From Atractiella rhizophila (lineage: Eukaryota), in contig MU271378.1 in the NCBI GenBank assembly GCA_021432655.1, positions 1-64,000 of the forward strand: a DNA stretch of 64,000 nucleotides. Reading direction: 5' to 3'. Both the position numbers and the translations under genes were made by a program. Shown piece by piece: positions 24,247-37,717 of the stretch (position 1 is the stretch's first letter; each line of letters starts with the position of its first letter). The notes under the pieces are model-generated. The model was not told where the DNA came from. It ran no database searches and saw only the letters and a program-made list of their open reading frames with translations.

Positions 24247-25178
24247 TTTATCTTTTCACGCTATAAATTGATGGTTCGAACGAAGACTCGAAAGATCCCT
24301 GGAAACGCAAGGATTGGATTTGATTCTCGCTTTAAGAGGCTGAGACGCTGTCGAGACGAGATGACGCTGTGAGTGACTGAGCGATTAGCAGGAAGGATGA
24401 GTGAACCTGGTGGACGAGTACACGCGAGTCTGCAAGCCAAATTGACGAAAGTGTGTTTCACTCATCCGGAACCGTTTCTCCGTCCATTCGATCCCATCCT
24501 TCCTTCGCTTCGATGCAGGTTATTCGTCTCTAAACGGTTCATGATTGTTTTTTGCTTTGCATTGTTTCAGTACCGTCCAGCTTCTTGACGGTTTCTCTTT
24601 TGCGAATCCCGTTCAAGGCACGAGTTTACGGGCGAAGATGGAGATTGAGAGGATGTCTTTTAATGAGGCCTTATTTGCCCGCGCTGGTGACTACTGGCAT
24701 GCTCATTTACCAAGTGTTAAGTAGGCAGAAAGGAGAAACACTGCAAAATGGCCCAGATTCAAGGATGCTAGTGTGTCTGCATTATTGAGCGCTGTTTGCG
24801 ACAAATGTGTAACCTCTTCACTTGCCTGAACGAACGAACGAACCAAGTGCACCCTCAGAAGCTGTGGAACATCGTCATGATGATCGCGAGGCTTCTGGAA
24901 TATTTGTGCTCCTGCAGACAACATCAACCTTGCATGCAAGAATGGATTGAATTAATGTAGCTCGGGCGACTGTTTCGACCTTTATTAGGCGCGCGCAGCT
25001 GAAACGATCCACAAATGTCTATTTGTTGTTTCTAATTTAACGCGTTAACGTCTTCTCACTCGATTTCACCAACGATTTCACATGAGCCAGAAATGCTATC
25101 CGCCACTCTTTCACCTGCTTTCACCATCTTAACCGGCCATTTGTGAGGTCACTGTGGCACAGGTAAAGGACATACGCG

Positions 25179-26480
25179 TCATGCCTTCGTCCCAGCAGCT
25201 CCCGATGCCTTCCAGGCAGCCTCGATGAGCTCTGCCACGTCTTTAACACCGTCATTGTTTCTCACGCTCGTGAAAAGAGTCGGGCCAGCATCACGCATCT
25301 TGTTCGCGTCCCTCCTCATCACTTCTAGTGATGCTCCAACGTGAGGAGCCAGGTCCGTCTTGTTGATCACGAGTAAGTCGGACTGGGAAGGTTTTAGTTG
25401 TGAAATTGAAAAAAGGAGGAGGATGACGAACTTGAGAAATCCCTGGTCCTCCTTTGCGAGGTATTTTATCGCCGCCAGCGACGTCAATCTGTTCCTCCTC
25501 TTTGAGATCGCTTCCAGTCGAAGGAACATTGGAAGCATACGACGTAAATTATCTAAACAGTCGCACGAGTAAGAATTAGGAAGATGCGGAGGGGGGACTG
25601 ACATAATCCGCCAATTCTCTCGAATAATTTGCTGTACGCCTCATTTCAATCCTCTATGTCCCAAAAAGCAGTATAGAAGGGCCGTACCAGCGAGGTTGTC
25701 TCCTCCACTTTCAACGAAAAGCATTTCGCATCCGTATTTAATCTGCAACTCTTCCAAAGCACCGAGATTGGCTGAGATATCTTCCCTGATGGCTGCATGA
25801 GGGCATCCGCCTACGAAGAGTGCCATTCAGCTCGGATTGAGTAAGATGGTAAATGTGGACCGACCAGTCTCAATAGCCCTGATACGTCCCTTATCGCTGA
25901 GTGCCTCATTGCGGATAAGGAATTCTTGATCTTCCCTGTCACGGGATGAACATCTCCAGTAGCGAAGAATCTAGGAGTAGCTACCGAGTAAAGATGTCAT
26001 TCGTAACCACTGCTATGTTATACTTGTCTCGGAAGTGTCGACAGAGTGCGAGAGTGAGAGCTGTCTGATACGTTGTTGGCTTATCAGTGGACTTTCTCAA
26101 ATACGACGAGTCACCTAACCTTTCCAGATCCCACAGGCCTGTTTACAGATTAATCAAGGGCAATAAGCAACAGTGGAACATCTTACCCTCCTATACCAAT
26201 GGTGAATGCTCTCTCTTTCCAGTCCCTCCCCGAATAATCAGGCATGTCACGTTCTCCAAACTTTCCCTGTACCCCCCATCCATTCCTTAGCTCAAGGTGA
26301 TTTAACTTTTCCAAAGAGCCACCTCACAGCGTTATCCATATGCTCGTGAGTGTGCCCATGAGGGCCTGGCCCATGATCGTGCGTATGGGAGCCATGATCG
26401 TGCTCGTGTGAATGACCTGTCGCTGTCGAACCTCCCGTGTTGGATTTCTCAGGAATGGTGAATGCGCAAGTGTCAGACAT
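25179..26480 (-). CDS. ureG: Urease accessory GTPase UreG with His-rich N-terminus
   Basis: [92 protein letters not shown]. Includes 19-nt and 12-nt micro-exons. Confidence 0.95.
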
Positions 26481-27005
26481 TTCGCTTTCCTTGATATATT
26501 AGTTATCGATCAAAATGTACCAACTTCAGAGCTTCAGAGGTCTTCGTCACCTATGTTCTGTGTCTGGGATGGCGGCAACTTGAACGGGAAAGCCCGGGAG
26601 GATTGATCGAGCGAGCCGGCATTCGGTCCGTAGTTCTGGATATACGCGAACTTCTGAAGCAGCCCTTGACATCGTGCCAATCCCAATCCCAACTACTTCT
26701 TCACAACCAACAACGACAAGACAAGGGCTTCATTTCCCAAGGAAGAGCTCGCCTTCACCTAAGTGTGGACTTTAGACTGATCGGAAGTGTTTGGTGGTGC
26801 AGTGGGCGAAAATCAGGTGAGCAGATGTCACTGCCTAGGAGATGGAACGGGTGTAATTGCGATGCCTTCCACTTCTCCTTTCTACCTGAAATTTGTTACA
26901 CCTTCTTAAACGTTCTTGCGATCCGTTTTGCCCAACCTCGAACTTTCGAAGAGCAACCGAGTTGAAGCTGGACCTTTTTGTGGCTAGGAGTCGTTCCATT
27001 TCACG

Positions 27006-30000
27006 ATGTATTCAAAGGATCGCAGCTACAGCTACAATACCTCTCGCAATGCACCGTTACCTGCAGTACCTCCCCCACTATCACCAGACGGGCAATTCCT
27101 CACCCCTTCCCAACGCTTTGCGCGAACGAGCACGCTGGACAACCCCAATTCGCCCCTCTATAACGCGCGAATGATGGTTCCTCAAACTCCGCCAAGCCAG
27201 AGCACGAATTATGGATCCGTCAGTTCCTACAGATCCAACGGATACACCGGCTACCCGACGCCACCCTCTCACTCCCATCAGACGAGGAACTTCACTGCTC
27301 CGGTACCGAGCTCGCAGAGACAAGTGCCGGTGGACAGAGACCTCCCTCCACCACCACCATCGAAAAGCCAACGACCGACGCCACCTCCTAAGCAGGATCA
27401 GCTTGGATCGTACACTCCACCGCCCATCGAAAAGTCTCCAAAGAAGAAGTCCTTCCTCAGCTCTCTGGTTGGAGGAGGAGGAGGCAATGGTGGTTCCAGC
27501 TCCGATGCATCCAAAAAGTCACGGCGCTTCTCCGTCTCGAATTCTGGAGGAGGACAACAACCACAGTCTTCTCTCACTCCTTCTCAAGGAAACTTTTCGT
27601 ACGCTCAAGGTTCTCAGGACGATTTGGTTCAGAGACCCATCACCGCTGGAGGGACAGGAGAGGCGAGAGGTCGGCCAGCGAGAGAGGATTCGACGACACC
27701 AACAGCTACTAAGTTTGGACATCAACTTTCTACTCCGCCTCCCAGATCGCAGGGGAATGGTGGGCAGAGGAACCATCCGCCATCAGCCTTTCAATCCCCC
27801 TCTGCTTCCTCAGTTGTCGCTTCGCCTCCTTTCTTTGGAAAGAACACCATGTCGGATACTTCCCATGAGACGCATGAGAGTGGCGTGTCCGAGTTGGTAC
27901 TTGGTGGAAGGAGGCAGAGCAGCAGTATTGCACATGGAGAGTTTGGCATGACCCCTGCGAAGACCAGGTCTCCTTCGACTTCTATCGACAGGGATGTGAA
28001 AGATAGCTTGAGTGAATTCAAGGAGAGGAGGATGGCGAAGAAAGATAGTCTCCAAAAGAGCGTCAATAACCTCAAAGGAGGAAATCAGAGCTCTTCGTCA
28101 TTAGTGTGTATTCCTTTCTCCAAGTTATGCCAAGGCTTACAATATTCTTCAAGGACACATCAGCGAAAGCACCATCGAGCAAGAGCAGTTCCTCTATGCA
28201 CTCAGAAACACTACAACCCATCACAGAATCTCCTGCGCCACTCCCAAGCACACAATTACAACCTGCTCCCCCAGCCATTGGCAGTACTTCGAACTCTAGG
28301 ACAAATGCCTTCCTCAACTCCTCGCCCACACCATCCACATCTGCCTCCCCGCTTCTATCGCAACCCTCAACTCTTGTTCGCCAGACTTCCTCAACAAAAC
28401 TCTCAGCTCTCTTCGGATCATCGGAACCATCAACGCCTCAACTCAGTCCCTCTCCTTCAATGGCCACATACTCTCCGCTCGCCGCTTTTCTAGGCAAGAG
28501 CCCAGCGAGCTCTCCCCTCCCTCAGACTCCAACCTTTCCCGACCTCCCTCCGTCTCCCACACCTCCATCTCCGCTTCCGTCACAGCAACCTCCACTCAAA
28601 CAGGCGGAAGAACACTCGAAGCCTCCTAAGAAGGCGGGAGCGCGGACACCAGTACCTCTCAGCCTGAGGGCTATGGACGAAACACCACCAGCCAGCCCTT
28701 CTGCGAACTCCAACAGCTTCTTCGCCCAGCAGCAGCAAGAAACCTCGACGTCGATATCCAAACCTCCTCCCAGCGCGTTTAGTGCGAAGGCGCCAGCGGT
28801 AAAGGAAGCTAAATCTCACTCTGAGTTCCACCACACGTCGCCCACTACTATCGAGAGGGATCAAGAAGAAGAACCTCTTACTCCCGTAACGGTCAAAAAT
28901 GAACCAAGATCGTTGCGTGGGGGTGACGATGTAGATGATATGGAGGCAGAGAGGGTGGAGGCTCACAAGGAGATGGATGGAAATACGGATGGCAGAGGAA
29001 GCGCGACGAACGGAGTGTCAAGCCTTGAGGCGGGAGGGGAGAAGGTGGCACCCACACTCGGCCGCGGAGCAATGTCGGAAGAAATGGAAATGGGCGAGCT
29101 GTCCTCATCAAAGAGGGCGGAGGTGCCATCTAAGAACATGGAAGATTCTTCACAGCATGAGCCGACGGCTCTGTCCGAGGAAAGTCGTGCCGAAATGAAT
29201 GAGCCTGCAAGCCTGCACGATGCAACCTCAACCTCAGACAGGAAAACAGATCCTGCAACCGTATCAACGGAAGTCCCCACAGTACGGACAGTCATACCCC
29301 CTTCTCATTTAGAGCAGCAATCTCAACAACGAAGGGAACCAGCTCAGGATACTTCAACTCTTCAAGAGAATCAAGACATGAAGGTGTTCAGGCGACGCTC
29401 TCCTCCGGCTTTCCAACCTGTGGATGAGGTAACTTCTCCTTCACTTTCAGACCGTTCGAAAGCGGTTCGACAAAATGGTCATCATGGTCACAGATCGTCC
29501 TCATCTAATGGAGCTAACGGCTTCAACGGATACCAGGCGTCTGCACGCTCGTCCACCCTTCCTCCTTCCGAGGCAAAGGCTTCACCTCCTTCCACAATGT
29601 CGAATAACAACTCCCAAACATCAGCCAATGGCCACGACCGCTACAATGGCAATCAAGGTGCGAGGAGGTCGTCAACTCTTCCTCCTTCCGAGGGAGCTAT
29701 GCCTCCCCCTCATTCAACTTCAAGCAGAAAGCCTGGGAAACCTTCTGAACGATACACTCCGCAGAGAGACCAGATCGCTGGGCAACTCCAAGCAGTTTCT
29801 CAAAAACTCGAGCCCATTGCTCGTCGAAGCCAAGACGATTATCAGCGTCCACCTCAGCCGGTAACGCAGCCGGACAGAATGGCGATTCGCAAAGCTCGAA
29901 CCTCGAGCATGCAACCTTTACCCCCTGGAATGCAGTTTCCCGCTGTAATGCCCCATCAAATACATTACGATCCGCGAGCTTCTCGCATACCAGCGAACGC

Positions 30001-31501
30001 ATCAATGCTTCATTCGGGATTCTCAGACCCTCGACAAGCTACTTCTGCTGTGTTGGGCGCGAATGAAGAAGGTTGGAACCGAAATTTTCGCCAAGACACC
30101 TTATCTACTACACGTCCTTCGAGAACTTCCGGACCTGTCAGGCGACCATCTGAAAACGTCGTCTTTAGTAGTCACTTAGAGATGATTGTAGCTGAATTCT
30201 CTCAACCAATCTTCTCTGTCATCATTTCCCACCTGGGATATGCCGATTTTAGGCCTCTGAAAGAGCTCAATCGCTCCATTCGTCAACACCTTCACGCCAA
30301 TTGTCGTGAGGTTGTTCTCACACGATTTCTTGGTCCTGTGGGTTACAGGCCACAGTGGATGGTAATGCGACAACAATCCTACAGGCAAGGTAGCATGCCT
30401 CCTCGAAACGAGGACATCGATATCACGTTGCGTGACCTGGACGCCTTCAAGGCCGGTTCGGAATACACCATGTCTGAGCTCACTCTCTTCGCACGACAAC
30501 ATTCAGCACAGCCGCTGCCTCTCACTTTCTACAGAATGTTGAAAGCTTATACAAGAGCTTACTCACGCATAGCTATGTATGTCAGGAACAGCCCGCTCAC
30601 AGAACGAGTACCAGTTCAATCTGGCGCGCCTCCTCCTCCGATAACAACCCCCATCTGGAAGCCTGGCAGAGCAGCAAGTTTGAGAGTTTGGGTGCCGACG
30701 AAGACGGCCTGGATGAGCGATCAAGAGTTGGTAGAATGCGAGAGGGAAGTCTATCGTGCTGGTGTTTGGTCTCACGTCCGCAAAGGGGATATGATATGGA
30801 ATGTCGGTTGTGGGGATTTCGGGAACGAAGGAAAGCTGTTATTTGACGGCAAATATCTTCGAGACCTGTCGTACGTCTTCGAGGCGTCTGGCCACCTTCC
30901 TGTAGGTATATCCCTATTTATCATTTGTGATCGCTCATTGTCTTCAAGTCTTGGGTCAACATGTTCACCTTTCCTCCTTCTTTCTATCACAACGTAATCC
31001 ATTCTTCAACAGCCAATCCAGTCATATACCTCCGTATCTATCCTTTCCTCGCCCCCATTCGTCAGTCGCTATCTTTGGTGCAAGACCGCCTTCAAGTCAA
31101 CTCAGCACAAGGCAGCCACAGCATCAAGAAATTTGTGTACCGGTAAGTGTTGGCCGGTCATCACTTCAGAACCTGACAACTCTCATTCTGCAGTGCTGCC
31201 TTTGACATCGCTCCTGGGACAATTCTCAATGTCCCCAGTCGTGGGGCACAGCAGGAGGGAGAAAGGATCGTTGATGCTTGGGCGGGCCAGGTTATGGTGG
31301 AAACCGAGGGAACCACAGAGCACGCAAACTTACTCCTATCTCGCTGCTCGGTGCCGGACAACACGCCTTGGAGAATAATACGTGAGCGTTCCCGACCTGG
31401 AAAACTCTGGATCAGGTTTGTCGCTTCAGTTTCGAATTTAATGGTACGTTGAACTAATGGGTTTGGATAGTCCGATATTCGACAACGAAAAGCTTGCTTA
31501 A
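27006..31501 (+). CDS. Large Ser/Pro-rich protein with an F-box-like segment and a globular C-terminal domain of unknown function
   Basis: Two long ORFs (27006, 28106) joined by a short intron; C-terminal IFSVIISHLGYADFRPLKELNRSIRQHL...PGRAASLRVWVPT...NEGKLLFDGKYLRDL; final exon ...WISPIFDNEKLA* ending 31501. Confidence 0.75.
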
Positions 31502-32080
31502 AATCGTATTGACGTTGATGTGTTCATTCTCTTGTCTACTTTGTGTTGAAGTTGTTGTCAATTGGGTTGTCAATCTACCTTTAGCATTTCGTACAAACAA
31601 AACAGTTCAAATCTTCGATCTTTCGTTAGCCATGCCACTTCCGGACTTTGTCAGATTGTTGTCCCCATACTCCTGTAATGCAAATAGTATACTCTTTCTT
31701 CCCGTCATGTCATTTCGCTGCTGGGACCAGCTGGAGCAAGCCTGGCCTGAATTCCCGGTTGTGTTTCGATGTAGACGAATTCCCAGTAACTTTTCAAGTT
31801 CCTTTGAAGGTCCATGCCATGTCTCAACATCTGTCATTCCCACAGTGGCGTACACTCTGACGAACGAGGGATCGATATCATGATCATGATTACTAGTGAT
31901 TGCTCAGGCGAGCAGGTGGGATATTTGGTGCTTTGTTGCGCAGTTTACGACTCCTCCAAATCTATTCCTCTAAGATTCATCTTCCCAAGATCAATCAAGC
32001 GTATATACTTGGTATATATATGTCTGCTAGTACACAACCTCGATTCCGTCCATCGGGCTAAGAATGATTGTATCGCGAAG

Positions 32081-33897
32081 ATGTCTGATGTCGAGTTGCG
32101 TGAAGATGGGCAGGCATGATCTGTTCCGCTGTCTCGTTCTCGTCTAACATTGGCTGGGGTGTGTAGTCTCAGGCTGCTATCTTTCCTCAGCAAACATCCA
32201 TCTTCCACCAAGAAGAACCAAACTTGACCGCCACGGTCAATCTTATCACAGTAGCGACGTCTACCAATTCGCTTAGGCTCCACCTTTCTATTCTTCCGTC
32301 TTTAATTTCTCTCCTACCTCCTTCAATTCACACGCTACGGATCACTTTTGACTTGGCTTTGGATCGGGCTCCTTTGACGGTGTCCTCCAAGTTGTCATAT
32401 TTCTCACTTGGATTTCTCGAGGATCTCAAGTACGCAGTCAGCAACGAGAGCGAGAGCGTAATATATCTTTACGTTACCTTAGACCAGAACGGTGTTAGGG
32501 TGACCCCTGGGAAGGGCAATTGTCATTCATCTCCCGATTCATCCCCCGATTCATCCCCCGATTCATCTCCCGATTCATCTACCTATTCAGCATTGATCGA
32601 ATCGGATGATGATTCTCCAGCAGATCACAAGCCCTTCACTCGGACAATTCCTCTCCATCGCCCCTCAGCCATCTTTGCCTGCGTCGCCTGGTTCGCTGCA
32701 AAACACTTTGCCCCGTTCTATGACAGGCAGGATGCGTCATCTTATGGCAGGGATGTAGACACTATCGAAATCTCGCTATCTCCAACCCAAGGAGTTACTC
32801 CATGCTATATCTCGAGCCTACCTGTCGAGCTCCTCTCTCACATCTTCACATTCCTCACAATCCGTAAAAATAACAACCTCAGATACGACAGTTCCCAACT
32901 CGCTTCCGTGTGCCAGCTCTGGAAGACCCTTTCAGTTCCTTATTGGGATGAACCCGACTCAACAGAGGAGAAGCTGGCTCGCTTGAAACTGTATCCCGGT
33001 GCGGGACGTCTGCGGAACCAGCTGCGAATTGGACGCTATGTCAGTGTGAACATGGTGAATGAGATCATAATCGGCTCGCCCAACGTTACCAAGGTGTATA
33101 TGGATGCATTTTGGGGTGAAGACGGAGCGAAGACGGTGTTGAATGCAATTAAAGGGTTGAAAAAGGTGGAGGAGGTAACCTTTGGGCACGGCGGTTCAAG
33201 AGAGTGGCTGAACGAGGAAGTGGAGTCCTTTATGGATAGAATGGGCGGGAGGATCAAGAAGCTAAGAGCTTACGACGTGAAAGACTGGTCTTCCTCCTCC
33301 TCCTTCCCTTCAGCATCAGCAGGTCTTCACCTGGCTCCTGGCCTCCTATCCCTCAAACTCAAAGTGTACCCCCCTCTAACATCAATCTGCCTCCCCGACA
33401 GCCTCCGCGAGCTGACGCTCTGGTGCCTGTGTCCCATTCCTCCCTCCATATCGAGCTCACCTCTGCCTCCCCTTCTAGAAGATGTCGACCTCATGCTTGC
33501 CCCTTTCTCGGCTGATGGGTATACCTCCATGCTACCTACTCCGCTCGACTTCTCACATCTTAGACACCTCTCATTGCTCAGCCTTGATGGTGGGGAGGAA
33601 ACTTCAAACCTTGTTTGTCGCCAGTTCTTCAGTACACTCAAAAATGCAAATAGGATACGCCACATATCACTTGAGTACTGTGTGGTGGACTGGCTTAATT
33701 TTCCAGACTTCATTCACTGGTTCTTTGTGGAGCGCGGTGTGGAGGGCTATCGACTCCGAGCACTAAACACTTTGAACGTTGTTTTATTCTTTGGAGATTG
33801 GCCGGAGGAACAGATCAAGATAGCCTGGGCGACAATGATTGCATCGAACAAGGATGATACACGTTCAGGGGTTTGGGATGGATGGAAGCCACGCTAG
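32081..33897 (+). CDS. F-box / LRR-like protein
   Basis: F-box ISSLPVELLSHIFTFL...LASVCQLWKTLS followed by LxxLxL repeats. An ATG start is obtained only via a GC-AG intron at 32114-32166 (MSDVELREDGQ|SQAAIF). Confidence 0.75.
32527..32580 (+). repeat. 12-bp coding tandem repeat TCATC(T/C)CCCGAT, ~4.5 copies (SSPD)
   Basis: Read directly from the sequence. Confidence 0.9.
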
Positions 33898-34958
33898 GAT
33901 TTCGGGGAAAAGAAATGCAAAATAGTGGAGGGAGTATCAAGGAGTAGTTATTGCACATGAGAATTAGGAAGTGGCGCGTCATATATTGATGATTCGCAAG
34001 TGAATCTGAAACAGAATGACATAGGCTGAAGCTGAAGCTTGGCACATATGCGTCCCTCTTCCCAATCCTTTCCAATCAGGAAATGTCCACCAGGAATGGT
34101 CTATGTTTGACGTTCATTCGCCGCAGTGCATGTAGGGAATATCATGGTTCATCGCTCTAAACATCAATCCTGTCTCCTGCGAATAATTATAAATCTTCTT
34201 TGTCTGTGGAGAGCTCTCTGGTGTACTCATATGGAAGCTAAAGCTTCATTTGAGAATACGCGGATACTTGACGTGGTTATCGTCATTGTGTAAGTTCAAG
34301 CCTGTTTATCATAGCTGCAACGATGCACGCTGTGATGTTATGGCAACGAGGGATATTGACCACTGTGCAATATATATCTTCCTGGGCATATGATTGCTCG
34401 CTTCAACTTCGACACAGAAAAGGTTTAAAGGGGTGAGTAGAAACATCTCTCGATGACGTGAAGTGCAATGGAGACGGATCAGCGCATTGACCTAGAAACT
34501 GAACGAGGAAGAAAGAAAGAAGGGATAAATGAGACGGTTAATTGGATTCGATTTCAGAAATGGGATGTCCTTTCTACAGATGTTGACACATCCTTCCATT
34601 GATTCATTTGATGAAAAACGTACTTCTCCTCAGCTCCCCCATAAAAGCACGCACCACCCACTGTCATAGCACAGACGACGGACACCTGAGCGTGTGAGGC
34701 AATATCTATTAAGGAACATCCACAAGACGACACCGGGCGACCAAAGCATTCAAATTGAGATATTGATCCAGGAGGCAACATCGACGTTTTCTATTTGTTT
34801 CCATCGGTTGTCCTCTTCGCTTCCGGGCTGATAATCGCGATAACATATCTCCCCCTACCCAATAAATATCTCCTCAGCAACCAAATATCCCCCAAATATC
34901 ATCACGATATCACTGTATTTTTCACAATATTCAGTATTCAGCAATACTCAGCTTCCAC

Positions 34959-36857
34959 ATGCATCCCATCTTCGTCCATCCCCACCTTCTCCCACTCATC
35001 CTCTGCCAACTCCCCACAAGCGCACTCCTTCCCCTGCTCACCCTCAGCAAGTCCTTCGCCAGCGCAGTCCAGCCTCTGCTCTTGCGTGACCTCGTCCTAC
35101 GCGAATCGGAGGACCAATGTCGCAGGAAGGGCAAACTGAAGGGGAGTGTGCGTGGTTTGACGCTGGAAAAGTGGGTCCATCTTGTCTTGTCTTGTGGGCA
35201 CTCGTATATTTACTCTGACGGATGGCAACGGTGCAGAGGAGCCATATCTTTGCTCTCGAAACTATCCGACCTCTTCCCGACGCTCACCACGCTCTCCATC
35301 CGCGCGCGTTCCAATTCCGCCAACCAACAATATGACCTCCACCTCCCCCTCCTCTCCCACCTCGAAATCCAAGACCCCGACCCATCCCCACGCACCCGCG
35401 TCCCCCGCACACCACCGCTTCCACCACTCCTCCCCACCTCGTCGCCCGGCAGACTCCAAAGTCTCACCCTCATCTCCCTCCACGGATTGACCTCCGACCT
35501 CCTCGTCGAATACCTCCGTAAGAATTCAGGGTTGAGGTACCTCACCATCGCCGCGTGCGAAGCGCTCGATGCTAGGTCTCTCGTCGCCGTTGGTGAATGT
35601 CGGTTGTTGAAAGAGCTGCGGTTGAGGGAGTCGGATGCTTTGTTCCGGTGGCCCCTCGCCATAACCGCTGAAGAAGGAGGAGAGGGAGAGGCACAGGACG
35701 ACTCGAAGGAGCGAAACCACCCTATGTCCAACGTCCCTCTCTGTTGTCCAAACCTCTCCCTCCTTGAGATCTCAGGTCTAACGCTAAAGATGGACGACTT
35801 GCGATGGGACTGTTTTGCGCATTCGAAGAAACTATATGACGTCTCCTTCGCTCGCTGTCCTTGGATCACCGAGCTCGAGATTGGGAATTTTAGGAGCGTG
35901 AGGAAATTGAGGATCGCTTCTTGTCCAAAGGTGAAGAGGATTCCAGTGGAACTCATGAAAGGATTAGAGGTTCTTTCTGTGTTGGGTGAAAGGCGGGGAG
36001 GATGGTCGTTATTGAGCGTTGGGAACCTGTTGGAGCTTTGGAAGGTCCAGTTGCGTTGTAGTGAAGGTGGAGGGGGAGGAGGAGGGTTGAGGACCCTTTC
36101 GCTCGATACAGCCGAGTCCTCATTCGGACCCTGGAACTGTCAGTACCCCATCTACCCCTTCCCTCCCCCCTCCTCTTGTTCCTCCTGTCCAACCCAATCT
36201 CACGCGTTCCCATCCTCCTCCTCCTCCTCCTTCCTCTCCTTGTCAATACATCCAACCATCGCTCTCCTCCTCTCCCTCCTCCTCTCCACAGTCTTCACCT
36301 CTCCCCTCTTCCTCCGAAACACTAACACCCACCACCATCCAACTAATCATCTCAACGCGAATCCTTCCTCCCACCTACAGTCGAAAAAGGGATACGAACA
36401 GAGCATGGAGTTCGACTTGGATGAAGGAGACGAAATCCTCCGACCATACCTCCACCTCTCCATACTCTCACCCCACCTCCCATCCTCCCTCCTCCTCCAC
36501 CTCCTCTCTCGTTTTCAATCTCTCGAAGACCTCTCTCTCTTCGGAACACACCTCGGAGGTCCTCCTCCCTTCTTCCGTCCCTCTCCCGTCCCTCCTTCTG
36601 AAAACCAAAATCAAAATGGGGAGGAGGTGAATGTCGACTTTCCAGGGACGTGGAAGGAGGAATGGATGGAAGGAGGGGAGACGGATAGGAGGAGGAGGTA
36701 TGTGGAAGTCCAGCGTAGGAGGAGCGGAGGAGGGAGGGAGTTGGAACTCCCCTTGTTCGAGGAGAGGATGAGGGAGGGTCCGGGCAGCCGATTGACTGTT
36801 TGTGACGTCGAAGAGCTGAAGAGGAGGATCAAAGGTCTGGGTAGCGTGTGGGTTTGA
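34959..36857 (+). CDS. F-box-like / RNI-type LRR protein
   Basis: 632-aa ORF; HPHLLPLILCQLPTSALLPLLTLSKSF at the N-terminus; Cys-containing LRRs LRYLTIAACEAL, LKELRLRES, LYDVSFARCPWIT, VRKLRIASCPKV. Confidence 0.75.
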   Translation: MHPIFVHPHLLPLILCQLPTSALLPLLTLSKSFASAVQPLLLRDLVLRESEDQCRRKGKLKGSVRGLTLEKWVHLVLSCGHSYIYSDGWQRCRGAISLLSKLSDLFPTLTTLSIRARSNSANQQYDLHLPLLSHLEIQDPDPSPRTRVPRTPPLPPLLPTSSPGRLQSLTLISLHGLTSDLLVEYLRKNSGLRYLTIAACEALDARSLVAVGECRLLKELRLRESDALFRWPLAITAEEGGEGEAQDDSKERNHPMSNVPLCCPNLSLLEISGLTLKMDDLRWDCFAHSKKLYDVSFARCPWITELEIGNFRSVRKLRIASCPKVKRIPVELMKGLEVLSVLGERRGGWSLLSVGNLLELWKVQLRCSEGGGGGGGLRTLSLDTAESSFGPWNCQYPIYPFPPPSSCSSCPTQSHAFPSSSSSSFLSLSIHPTIALLLSLLLSTVFTSPLFLRNTNTHHHPTNHLNANPSSHLQSKKGYEQSMEFDLDEGDEILRPYLHLSILSPHLPSSLLLHLLSRFQSLEDLSLFGTHLGGPPPFFRPSPVPPSENQNQNGEEVNVDFPGTWKEEWMEGGETDRRRRYVEVQRRRSGGGRELELPLFEERMREGPGSRLTVCDVEELKRRIKGLGSVWV

Positions 36858-37717
36858 TGTTTGTCTTATTCTCCATGTCTGTGATCTACGTCGTGTCATT
36901 TGAAGTCGGATGGACTTTCGTTGTCTCTGTATACCCTTTCGTTTTTTAAACTTCTTCCTATCCTATTAACATGCTAAACTATCTCTCGTCTCCTTTGAAC
37001 GGTCTCCATCAACCGCTTTTGATTACTAGTAGTACCCGACAATGTGCTCTGCTTCCACCTCAAATCGATAACTCATACGTTTCGCATCTCAGTTCGTTTT
37101 CCTGTCATGCTTATTTGCATTCTTCACGATGTTTTCTCCAGTATTGTAATTAAAAGGTCATTTATACTCCCGTTCCCTTAAACTACAACCATCATTTCGC
37201 TTTGGACGAACTGAATAAGAGACTTGCAGACATTACACTCCCGACCATAAGGTAGTGGGCGTCACATTGAAACGACCTCTTTGAGACACTTGGTGACGAT
37301 AGACAGATATACATTATATAAAAGGAGAAGATGAAACACAGAGAGACAGTGACAAATCAACACAACATCAGAGAAAGATAAAATTGAATCATAATAATCG
37401 TTAAGACTGATCTTGTGCTCAAGGAACACAGTTGGCAGTCCATAATTGATGAGGTAGTGCACAATGTACACACACGACATGCGACGATTGTTGATACGTT
37501 ATGAGAACGACGTGTAACTCTTGTTGTTTTGTTTTTGCGAACAGACCGGAACCCAGAGCAAAATAAGGAGAAACTGGGGGAAGAGAAAGCATTAAAGGCG
37601 GGTAGCTTGTTGATGATTACGATCGGACGACGAGGCAGAGACAGAGGTTTAGGTGAGGTCGGAGAGGCAGAAGACAGGTTCAGAGGCATCATTGTCCGAG
37701 TCCAACGTAAACAAATT

